64,000 nucleotides of DNA, taken from the IMG/VR virus record IMGVR_UViG_3300032330_000236, positions 905 to 64,904 of that record; one strand, written 5' to 3'. Position numbers and translations under genes: made by a program. The first letter of the stretch is position 1, and every line of letters begins with the position of its first letter. The notes below the pieces were generated by a model. The model had not been told where the DNA came from and ran no database searches. It saw only the letters and a program-made list of their open reading frames with translations. This DNA comes from a virus. Shown here piece after piece: positions 46,891 to 57,600 of the stretch.

Positions 46891-47306
46891 CAGAAGTCGA
46901 TGAAATCGAGGAAACAAAACTCGATGAATTAGTCAAGGTATACTTGACAATTCGTTCAGCCCGTGAAAGAATGATGGCTGAGTGGAAGTCACAAGATAAG
47001 GCGCTTGAGGATGAGATGAAAGTCCTTGAACAGAATTTCATGGTGACATGCAATGAGAGCAATGCCAAGAGCATCCGCACAAACAACGGCACAGTGATTC
47101 GCAAATTGAACGAACGCTATACCGTAGCTGATGGCGAAAGCTTCAGGAAGTTTGTGTTGGAGAACGATGCGGTTGATTTGATGGAGGCACGTATCCATCA
47201 GGGCAACTTCAAAGAATTCATTAAGGAACGCAAGGACGATGGCCTGCCGCCCGGAGTGAATGTGATGAGGGAATTTACGATAGTTGTTCGTAAGCCTTCA
47301 GAGTAA
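46887..47306 (+). CDS. Conserved replication-module protein
   Basis: LVKVYLTIR, SIRT..GT, PPGVN. Confidence 0.7.
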   Translation: MTEVDEIEETKLDELVKVYLTIRSARERMMAEWKSQDKALEDEMKVLEQNFMVTCNESNAKSIRTNNGTVIRKLNERYTVADGESFRKFVLENDAVDLMEARIHQGNFKEFIKERKDDGLPPGVNVMREFTIVVRKPSE

Positions 47307-47335
47307 TCAGTTAATTCAGTAAACAAGGAAATCAA

Positions 47336-48190
47336 ATGAGTACAGATCTCGCAACAATGTTCAGCGGTGCAATGGTTCCCGTTGAAGGCTTAGATGACGA
47401 CACACTTGCCGTAGCGGGCGGTGCGCGACAAAACAAACGCATCTCTATCAAGGGCGGCGTGTTCCGCAAATATGCTGGTGGTAAGGAAATCGGTGCGATC
47501 GAAGACCGCCACATGAACGTCATCTTTGTCAAGATGGCACACAAAGCTTCTCGTATGTACTACGAGGGTTCATATCAGGAAGGTCAAAAGATCAGCCCTA
47601 ACTGCTGGTCAACAGACTCAGAAACTCCTGACGCCGATGTCAAGAATCCCGTAGCAAGCAAATGCGCAGACTGCGACAAGTCTGTCAAGGGTTCCGGTCA
47701 AGGTGGTACAGGTACAGCTTGCCGCCTGTCTTGGCGCACTGCCGTGGTGTTGCCCAACGACCCCGCTGGTGACGTGATGCAGTTAGTTCTACCTGCTACG
47801 TCTGCCTTTGGTAAAGAAGATAATGGTCGATTCCCATTCCGTCCTTACATCCAGCACCTTGCGTCTCACAACGTCAGTGCGGGCCGTGTGATTACAAAGA
47901 TGGCCTTCGATACAAAATCTCCTACACCAAAGGTTTTGTTTAGTCCCGCCGGTAAGGTTGAGGATGCTGATTTGCAGACGATCGCACGTCAAGCCAAGAG
48001 TCCAGCCGCCGAAGCCGCTGTGAAGATGAATGTCTTCCAGTCAGACAGCGAAGAAGCTCCCGCACCCGCCAGTCACCGCAATGAAGTGCCTGACGCTGAA
48101 ACGCCTGAGCCTACCAAGCGCGAGTCAACCAAGCCAGCCGCCGCTGAAAAAGACATCAATGATGTCGTGAAAAAGTGGTCTAAGAAATAA
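47336..48190 (+). CDS. Probable ssDNA-binding/annealing protein
   Basis: RISIKGGVFR, PNCWS, CADC, GSG...ACR, acidic Pro-rich tail; position. Confidence 0.55.
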   Translation: MSTDLATMFSGAMVPVEGLDDDTLAVAGGARQNKRISIKGGVFRKYAGGKEIGAIEDRHMNVIFVKMAHKASRMYYEGSYQEGQKISPNCWSTDSETPDADVKNPVASKCADCDKSVKGSGQGGTGTACRLSWRTAVVLPNDPAGDVMQLVLPATSAFGKEDNGRFPFRPYIQHLASHNVSAGRVITKMAFDTKSPTPKVLFSPAGKVEDADLQTIARQAKSPAAEAAVKMNVFQSDSEEAPAPASHRNEVPDAETPEPTKRESTKPAAAEKDINDVVKKWSKK

Positions 48191-48199
48191 GGAGTAAGG

Positions 48200-48520
48200 A
48201 TGCCACGGACATACAGTAAACAGTTTATTGCAGAGTTGGAGACGGCGAATCCCAACAGGGCAGGGATTGCCCTAGCTAATGCTTGCGTGAAAGGAAACTT
48301 GCCTGCAAAGTATGTAGCATATGCGCTGGACGTAACTCGGATGACGGTTTTCAGTTGGTTCCGTGGCGGTCACATCCGGCACAAAAACTTGTTGAAGATC
48401 GAAGCTATAACAGACCTCATTGAGAGTGATACTGCTAAAGGCATTCTTCCAGCAACAAACAATGCACAGGCGAAAGCCTACCTCGAAGAAATGGTCGGGA
48501 GGTCATTCGACGAGAAATAA
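48200..48520 (+). CDS. HTH DNA-binding protein
   Basis: AKYVAYALDVTRMTVFSWFRG. Confidence 0.7.
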   Translation: MPRTYSKQFIAELETANPNRAGIALANACVKGNLPAKYVAYALDVTRMTVFSWFRGGHIRHKNLLKIEAITDLIESDTAKGILPATNNAQAKAYLEEMVGRSFDEK

Positions 48521-48591
48521 AAACGGGGGGCAACCCCCGACTTCATTCACCAGAGCGAGCATAGCCTCGCTCTTTTCAACTCTGGCGAGAC

Positions 48592-51432
48592 ATGTTAAAA
48601 CAATTCTACGAGAAAGCATTGCCAAGTCAGGGTGTCTACTGTGTCAGTGGTTTGACCAACGGGAGAATGGCGAACCGATTTGCAGAGACACTCGACGGCG
48701 TATTGGAAGATATTCAGAAGCTCAAAGACAAGAAAGCAGATGTATTTGTAGCACTGGGAACATTTGAAGGGTACAGCAGAAAAGCAGATGACTGCTTGTA
48801 TGTCAGATCATTCTTCATTGATTTGGATGTAGGCGAAGGCAAAGAGTATGCAAGTAAGGCTGATGCCCACACTGCGCTATACAAACTGCAAGGGGCGGCA
48901 GGGTTACCAGACCCAGTAGTGATTGACTCAGGTGGCGGGATACACGCTTACTGGATCATGGACACAGACATTCCCAAGGATGAATGGAAGCCCGCAGCAG
49001 AAGTGTTCAAGACGCTCTGCCTCCAGCACATTACCATTGATCCCGTAGTCACAGCAGATGCCGCACGGATCATGCGGTGTCCTGAGACATTCAATTACAA
49101 GACGGGTATCCCCCGCCCCACGTCAGTCATCAGCGACGAGATTCACGTGTATAGCTGGGACGAGTTCAGAGCGTTCTTAATGGGCGAAGAAGGTGAGGTT
49201 GTAGCGCAGGTAGAAGCTAGGTCACCTGAGATGGAGGAGATTCTTGCAAGCGTGACCAAGGGCTTGGATGAAGACACCAAAGCGTTGTTGAAGTTGGATA
49301 ACTTCCCAAGGACGTATGAAGCTCTTATAAATAAATCAAAAGATGGTGGGGGGTGTAATCAAGTTAAGTATGCCTACGATCATGCTCACGCATTAGAAGA
49401 ACCAATGTGGCACGCGATCATATCAATCGCAAAATTCTGTGATGACGGCGCAGAAGCCATACATGGATTATCTCAACCTGACCCAAGATACACACATGCA
49501 GAAACCGAAAAAGTCGCAGGTCGCGCGCCTGCTCCACGCACCTGTGAGTGGTTCATCAAACATTTCCCCGAGCGATGCGATGGATGTCAGCACAGAGGCA
49601 AGATCGTCAGCCCCATATCTCTTGCCAGAGAGTTCACCCCTGCCCCAAAAACAAATAAGGAGGAACCAGTATGGGAAGTATCGAATACCCAAGCGCTTCC
49701 TGATTTCCCAGAATTTTTAATGCCTTACGTGCGGGGACAGCACGGCGGCATCTACTTTGTTCCACCACCTAAGGTTGACAAAAAAGGCGTCAAGCACCAA
49801 GATGACCCAATACTAATCCTTGCAAACAATCTCTATCCAGTCGTTCGTATGGTCAGCCCACACGAAGGCGAATGCTTACAGATGCGTCTTGAACTACCTA
49901 AAGACGGACACCGTGAGTTTCTACTTCCAATGAAGCATGTTTATGCCAAGGAAGCTTTCAAAGCCATCATGTCGAGTAATGGCGTTTTCTTTAACTCAGC
50001 ACATGACCAACATCTTATGAACTACATTGTTAAATGGGGACAGTTTATGCAAACAACCGATAAAGCACTTTTGATGCGTATGCAGATGGGGTGGACACAG
50101 GAGCGCACAGACCCTGATTGGGACAAGCGTAGCTTCGTTATTGGCAAGAAAGAAATCACGCACACAGGTGAGATTGTTGATGCCCCGTCATCACCATTCG
50201 TCAAAGGACTCTCCAAACACCTTACACAACACGGTACGTTAGAGCGTTGGCGTGAGTCGATAGATTTCTTGAACAACCCAGAGTTTGAGCTTCATGCGTT
50301 CGCTGCCATGAGTGGGTTTGGTTCACCGCTGATGCCATATACGTCAACTTCGGGCGTGGTTATGAGTCTTACTGGCAAGTCTGGTAACGCCAAGACCGGC
50401 GCAATGTACGGTGGCCTGAGCGTGTTTGGACACCCCAAAGATCTGAGCGTGGTCAAAGCAACTGACAACGGATTGACGGGGCGTTATCTTGGCTTGCACA
50501 ACCTGATGTTTGGACTAGACGAGGTGGGTGATAAGAAGGCCGACGAGTTGGGTAACCTGATTCACGGTATCTCACACGGCAAAGCCAAGATCAGGATGCA
50601 GAGTTCAGTCAACGCTGAACGGGAGTATGAAATGTCTGCCTCACTGATTGCCGTGCTCACATCGAATCATGGGCTTTATGGCATATTGGAATCCAAGAAG
50701 ATGAGCCTTGACGGGGAAGCTGCTCGACTGATTGAGCTTTCAATTAAAAAACCAAATATGCTTGTATTGGATGGCACTCTTGGGCCAAAGATTTTTGACG
50801 CATTCAAGTACAACTACGGACATGCAGGCCCGATATTTATGCGCCACGTTATTATGGAAGGCGATCAATACATACTTGACCAGATCAAATACTGGGAAGA
50901 AAGATTCTTGAAAGACTTTGGCAACTACAGTGAATATCGTTTTTATCAGAACCTTGTGGCGGCGAATTTCACAGCAGCGTCAACTGCTAACGAGATCAAG
51001 TTGACAGCCTACGACATTGAACGTATCTATCCAAGAGTCATCCAAGAGATGATTAACATCAGAGAAACAGTAGTACGGGTCAACTTCACAGACTATCAAT
51101 CACTACTTGGTGACTTCATCAACAAGAACATGGCAAACATTCTTGTGCTCAAAGATAACAAGGTCACAATGGAGCCACGGGGCCAGATTGTTGGGCGTAT
51201 TGTCAGTGATGAGAATCTTTTACAAGTCTCTAAGTCTGAGTTCAAGAAGTATCTTTCAGAGCGCATGATCGGTGCACGGGAATTTGAAGCAGACATGCGA
51301 GAGCGCAAGGTGCTGTTTGATGATAAGAAGGGGCGCTTGACTACAGGTTGGAAGAACGCCATCAGCACTGATCCAGCGTATTTGTATTGGTTCAGAACAG
51401 AAATCCCAAGCGACCTGTTCAATGGTTCCTGA
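48592..51432 (+). CDS. Primase-helicase (RepB-like primase N-terminus, DUF927 and P-loop)
   Basis: FFIDLD, SGGGIHAYW, RIMRCPET.N, Cys cluster, GKSGNAKT, LDE, NYGHAG. Confidence 0.85.
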   Translation: MLKQFYEKALPSQGVYCVSGLTNGRMANRFAETLDGVLEDIQKLKDKKADVFVALGTFEGYSRKADDCLYVRSFFIDLDVGEGKEYASKADAHTALYKLQGAAGLPDPVVIDSGGGIHAYWIMDTDIPKDEWKPAAEVFKTLCLQHITIDPVVTADAARIMRCPETFNYKTGIPRPTSVISDEIHVYSWDEFRAFLMGEEGEVVAQVEARSPEMEEILASVTKGLDEDTKALLKLDNFPRTYEALINKSKDGGGCNQVKYAYDHAHALEEPMWHAIISIAKFCDDGAEAIHGLSQPDPRYTHAETEKVAGRAPAPRTCEWFIKHFPERCDGCQHRGKIVSPISLAREFTPAPKTNKEEPVWEVSNTQALPDFPEFLMPYVRGQHGGIYFVPPPKVDKKGVKHQDDPILILANNLYPVVRMVSPHEGECLQMRLELPKDGHREFLLPMKHVYAKEAFKAIMSSNGVFFNSAHDQHLMNYIVKWGQFMQTTDKALLMRMQMGWTQERTDPDWDKRSFVIGKKEITHTGEIVDAPSSPFVKGLSKHLTQHGTLERWRESIDFLNNPEFELHAFAAMSGFGSPLMPYTSTSGVVMSLTGKSGNAKTGAMYGGLSVFGHPKDLSVVKATDNGLTGRYLGLHNLMFGLDEVGDKKADELGNLIHGISHGKAKIRMQSSVNAEREYEMSASLIAVLTSNHGLYGILESKKMSLDGEAARLIELSIKKPNMLVLDGTLGPKIFDAFKYNYGHAGPIFMRHVIMEGDQYILDQIKYWEERFLKDFGNYSEYRFYQNLVAANFTAASTANEIKLTAYDIERIYPRVIQEMINIRETVVRVNFTDYQSLLGDFINKNMANILVLKDNKVTMEPRGQIVGRIVSDENLLQVSKSEFKKYLSERMIGAREFEADMRERKVLFDDKKGRLTTGWKNAISTDPAYLYWFRTEIPSDLFNGS

Positions 51433-51616
51433 GCCAGATTGGATATTTCCGTTTGAAGTTATGGAGGTAGGGGACAGTTTTTTTGTCCCCACCCTTCGCT
51501 TTGCTGAGATGATCTACATACTCGACAGCGGTGCAAAACGTGCCGGTATCAAGGTCAAATCCTATATCGTCGTTAAAGACGATCACATTGGAGTACGCAC
51601 ATGGCGCGTTCGTTAA
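51422..51616 (+). CDS. Small putative DNA-binding protein
   Basis: FPFEVMEVGDSFFVP..GVRTWRV. Confidence 0.7.
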   Translation: MVPEPDWIFPFEVMEVGDSFFVPTLRFAEMIYILDSGAKRAGIKVKSYIVVKDDHIGVRTWRVR

Positions 51617-54600
51617 GGTTTGACTCCGAATGCTTTGAACATGGTAATCATTTGATGTTTAATCATGTTCTCTTCAAATATATACACCTTCAATAGCTGG
51701 TCGCGCGCCTTGGGGGTCAGACCTTGGTTCAAGCGTACTAGCTCAGCCTCATGTCTGATTGAGTTAAGTTCTACAAGCTGTTCTTTATAGATGTCAACCA
51801 CTGCCCTGTGCATTGGGTTTTGTGCATCATACTTAGCTCCCTCTACTGGCGCTACGGTATCAAATGTGTTTATCTTCCTTTGGATCTCTTTAATTTGTTT
51901 TTCAACTGAACTGAACTCACGGGAATCTACGTTTGATTTAGAACCAAAGAAAGATCCAAACAAAGGTACATCAGTTTTGGGATTGAACTCTTTCGCACCT
52001 TTACCTAGATCAAACATGCCATAGCTAAGCTCAGCCAATTTACCAAGACCATCAAGATAGCTATTCGTAAAGAAGTACAACGTGTTAGGACTTACTTGAA
52101 CGCCGCCCACACCAAAGCCGGGCACGTCAGACTTAAACAATGACTGCGCAACTTTCTTATAGATCTCAGGAATCTTATCTCCACCTGTGTATGCGTCACC
52201 CATACGACGAGCCGTTGCGCTGTTAATGTCTTGCCCAATACCATTCTTGTTCATCAAGTACTCAGTCAATGGACGAACCACTGTGGGCATCATGGAGTCG
52301 ATCGTAAAAGCCAGCGGTGCTTCAGATGGAGGAATCTTGGAAATGGGGATAGGCACAAACGAGTCTGCCATGATCGACAACACGATATTGCTCATGCCGT
52401 CTTTAAGAGAGGTATTGCCTTGCGTCATACCCGCAACCTGTGCGCCAGCCGCTGCAAACGCGCCCAGTCCAAAACCCCAAGGTACTTGGAACACTACATC
52501 TTTACCCAGACCTAAACTCTCTGAAACGCTGTTGGGTATATGGAATCTTGCATTGCGAGTCCACTGTTGCATGTTGTCGTTCTTGACATTGTTACGCCCA
52601 AACTCATCATCGGGAGCCATCATTGCCGCCATCATATACATCAGATAGCCCATGCCAGACAGAGCAGTAATCATAATCCGTGCGTTGCGCTGCTTCTCAG
52701 CATACTCGGTGCGAAACTTAGCTTCGGCAACTGGGTCATTTCGAATGTTTGCAGGCAAGCCAGCAATTACATCATCTATGTTGCGGAACGCAGGAGCCAC
52801 CGCTTCGATGGCACGCTTGGCGCTGATTGCTGAAGGACGGATGAACATATACAAAGCACCCAACCCACGGCTGTAAGTACCCTTCTGTTCAAAGTTGGTC
52901 ATCTCCTTGGCATACACCGCTGCTTGGAACGCCGCTGCTTTTTCAGCCGCAGACATCTCACCGTTAGGGCCGGGTGTTGTTGAGAGGCCGTTCGCTATTT
53001 GTTCTTTTAAGGCACGCTCTTTCTCTTGGGCATACACCGCCGCACGGCTGGTGAATTCAAACATGTTGTTCCATGTATCCATGAGATTGTTGAACTGCTC
53101 AAGATTTGTAATTCGCCCTGACTTGCCAACAGACTCACTTAATTTCTCAAGATTAGATTTCAATGAAAAGCTTTGTGTATAGGACGACTTACCACCATGC
53201 TCAAGATATTCGACCATGTTCTTAACAAAGCCATCTTCATTTGCCATCTTTGCCAGCAACGCTTTACTTGCAGGATCGCCCTTATCGTGGAGCATGGCAA
53301 CTTTCCATGCTTTGGGGAAACCGTTGTTAGCAACAATATTTCCAGCGATAGATGCCGCGTATTTAACCGCTTCGATTGGGCCTCGATCTGCACCAATGTT
53401 GAAGGTATTAAACAACGTATCGCGCACAAAGTTCATTGGTGCAAAGTTGTAGTTGTACCGTGTGTGCAATGAGCCAAAGAATCCTGTGACACGGTTTGCC
53501 ACGTCCAGCAAAGTGTTGGCATCTTGGTAGGTATACCGTAATGAGTTGAGCACCTTTTGGTCGGTGACTTTCAGAATGTCAAGAGAACCATCTTGGTTGT
53601 AATGGAAGATGTAATCTTCGCCCTTGTATTTCTTCATGTCGATGTCGTTGCGCTCCCAGAACTTGTAGCTCTTCGCTACTTCACCGGGGATGATGCCTGC
53701 TTCAATCGCATTCTTAATTGACTGGGTATAGTAGCGGCGACCAGCACGGCCTGCTGCACGAATAGCATCTGAAAGGCTTTGCAGGATTGGATTATCAGAG
53801 ACGCTAAAACGTCCTTCCATTGATGCTTGGAACTCTTGCAGCTCACGTCCATTGCGGCGGCTATCAAAGTCAAAGATATCGTCAGCATGACGCTTGTTGC
53901 GTTCTTTACCCTTGAATGGCATGTAGTTCTGGAAGTTGTACAGTCCCACAAGGTTTGCCACAGGCGTAGACCAATAGTTACCGATCTCATTCAACTCAGA
54001 AGTGACCTTGTGCAGTTCCTTCATCGTGTTGAATATATCCATAGTGGCTTTGTACTCAGCAGGGTTGTTCCGTTGCATATCTGCCAACTGCTGTTGACGT
54101 AAGGCAATCTCAGACTGCTCAAGGCCAAGCACGTTATACATGCCGTCTTTAATATCTGTAGGGATGCCTTGCTTAGCTTTACCGGGAGGTGGCGGTCTAT
54201 TCAGTCGTTCACGAATCTTGTCAGAGATGCGGGGGCTATCGCCAAACGAATCAAAATATGAATTAGCTAATTGCTCTAACTCAGCGCGTAGCTGCGCCAA
54301 CTGCTGTTCGCTTAACTGCGCTTGATGAATCAGGCCCGGTTTGTTAGCACGCTCATCACCAACAATCTGTATACGACGCTCAGCAGGGCTGATATGTACG
54401 CCATTCTGTACAAGAATCTTTTGAGTGCTCAATGGCACTGTCAACAACCACTTCACAAACCGACGCTCTGGCTCATGTAGCGCCTCGGAAATCCGGTGCA
54501 GCTTGTTCAACGCAAACTTGAGATTTCCACCAAGCATTTCAGAGTAAGCCTTGACTTGGTTATGCGCTCTTTCCTCAATGTCTTGCACTTGATTGATGTA

Positions 54601-57600
54601 GTAGTTTTCGCCCATCGCTGCGCTGTTGACTGCCCACTCATAGAAGTTGGTGAACTTGCCATTCACATCACGCTTAATTTTTCCTGCGAGGTTGTAGATG
54701 TCGTGCAAGTATTTGGCATGGGTGCGTCTATCCACAAGCCAAGTAGCAATCCGTCTCCAACCTTCGCCGGTTGTAAACAACTTCTTTACAAACACTTTGC
54801 CATCAGGCGCTTCGTGACGGTCTGGGTTGTAAGCGGAGTTATCACCCTCAATACCATTAGCTGGCCCGTTAGCAGGTAACGGCTTCATGCTAATCGTGCC
54901 CTTCTCAGGCACAGCCATGATGTCATCAAACGCAGCAGCAATCTCCATCTGGTAGTTGACAGGCGCGTTCATGTTGAGGTTGCCACGCTTGAACAATTCT
55001 TTTGTGATACCAAGTAGTTCAGCTACTTTCAACTTGAAGTCAGACCACATGGACTTCTTCTCAGGCAAAATTGTTTCTGCTCTTTCCGCGCCCTGCCGCA
55101 ACGTGGCAAGTTCTATTTGGAAAGATTTGTTGGTCATGGAGTAGCTGACAAACTCATATAAGTTTTTGTATGCCTCGGGGAATCTCTTAGCAAACAACTT
55201 GCGAGTGTCATCCATGATGTCTTGCAGATGCTCCGCCGCTTCAATCTGTGCCCGTGTCAAACCTACACCATTCTTGGTCAGGAAAATATTCAGTACCTTG
55301 ACAGTAGCAGCGTGTACCAACTCGTGCATCAACACGGTTTCAGTTGCGCCAAACGGAGTCACATAGATCGTGTCTGAAGCTGGGTCGTAGATGGCTACGT
55401 CTTTGCCGGGCAACTTTTCAACCATGTGAATCTGGGTATTCAGCTTCATGCTGAATATTGCTTGGGCTATGTTGCGGAAAAACTTATTGTTTGCCGCAGT
55501 GCGCAAGAACTGCAACACGCCTTGAATGTTGTTGCCTTTGATGTGGGCAAGTACGTTATCAGGCACAAGGCTTTGGACAGAAGTTCGTAAATTAGCTTCA
55601 TTGAGCTTGTCGTATTTCTCCTTGTTTTGTTTGTGCTCTTCTTCAATTTTGTTTTGCACTTCGACCATACGCAGCGCAGCGGCGTGCTTTTGATCGTTCG
55701 TCATTCGACGTTCGCGTTGGAGTAAATGCACACCAAGATGAGCGAAGCCCATGTCTTGTTGCAAGCCAGCATTGTTGATGATCTGGCCCAGATAGACCTG
55801 CTTGTCCTCAGCACTTAATTCATTCCATGCAGGAAATTCAACACCAAACAACTTGCTACTGATAGCGCGGTTTTGTTCATAAGCATTTACAAGACGCTGT
55901 TGTTGTGGGCTGAGGTTTTCTTTAGCCTTACCTTTTTGTTGGCGATACTCTGCTAACTTATCTGCTGCATTGTTGTGTTCTTCAATTGTGTTTTGTCTGA
56001 TGTTGTCAAAGTACGTATCTTTCTCATCGACAGTCAGATCATTCCATTCAGGGATCAATACCCCTTCTTCACGTTTGGCTTCACGGGTGAGGTCATACTC
56101 TTCCCGCATTTCTTGCGTAACAGTAAATTTAGGCGTAGTCTTACCACGAGATTCTTCTAGGTTGACTTTACGATTTTCGTCTTCTTGTTTCTCGTACTCA
56201 GACGCCAACTCCATCGCGGCTCTAAGATTCTCTTCGTCGCTTTGTTCAGTGCGTACATAGCCCGGCGTTGTGTCAACGCGCTGAGCTTTTATTGTTTGGC
56301 TTACTGGAGCCGACTGTAGCTGCGTTCTTCCATCAGACTCGACAATAGTTGGCCCAGTATCAGCCACTCGGCTTGGTTGAGTTGTGACAGCGGTTCCGGT
56401 GGTGACTCCTGTATCGGTTTGGTTAACCACAGCAGCGCTTGTTCCACCTGTGTCTCCGACAGTTTTTCCAGCATTTTGCTCTCCTTGTGCGGCAATGTGT
56501 GAACGGATTGCTTCGATCGAACGCTTGACCGAACCCGCACCGCTCTCAGGTTGTGGAATACCTAGTTCAGTAATTACAGCCCGTAGTTCATTGATATGTG
56601 GTTTCTTACCCTTATCAATTTCTTGTACCAATGCAGTAGCACGCTGGACAGGATCAGGTGTTGTTTCTGTTGGAGCAGTTTCGTTTGTTGCAACAGCGGC
56701 AGGGGTTGAAGTAATTGTGGGAGCTGGAGCGATTGCAGGGGTAGCTTCAGTAGCTTTGGTTTCTTGCCCAACTGGTACGGCAGGAGCAAGCATTGCAGCA
56801 AGCTCAGGCTTAGTTTCCAAAGTATCCAAGGGCTTGACTGAAGTATCTTTAGATGCTTCTTCTTGTTGTGTCTTGCTCTTTAATTCTCTGAGCGCAGTCA
56901 TTTTGGCATTTGCCATGTGCGAACGCGCACCACCAACACCACCGGGCACAACAGACATACCAACAGATGCGGCTGCGGTATTGATGTATTCGTCCAAGGC
57001 TTCTTTATCAGTCAGAGATAGACCAGCACCATAGCGTTCTGCAAGAGTTTGGAGTTCCTCAGCAGGGATTTCTTTTGCGCCTGTTACCGCTATGCGTTTA
57101 GCAATATCCAAAGCCAAAGACTTAGTAGCATCCGACCCAATCTTCATGGCGTTAAGGCCAATCTTGTTGAAGAAGTAATCCGCTACACCATGCACCAGAA
57201 CAGCGGGAGCAACTCTTGCTGCGTCAATATCTTCTGGCTTAAACTCGCGGCCTTCAGCCATTGCCCGTTGTTTCTCTTCATCAAAGACACGGCTACCTAC
57301 CTCACCCATACCATGCAAACCAGCTTGACCAATCAAACCAGCAGTTGAGCCAAGTGACTTAGCGCCTGCTTTGGAATATGTTTCAAGCACGCCTTTCTCA
57401 AGCTGACGTTCAAGCAGCTTTTTGGTTTCTGCTTCAACAAATGCTTTGGCGGCTTCTTTACCTTCTCTTTGAAGTACGGCTTCAGCAGCCTCCTTGATGC
57501 CACTTTTAATTAACGTCTTGGACACCGCGCCGCCAAACGCGCCAACAGCCGTACCGACGCCGGGTTCAACAGCCGTACCAGCCAACGCGCCAAGGGCAGA

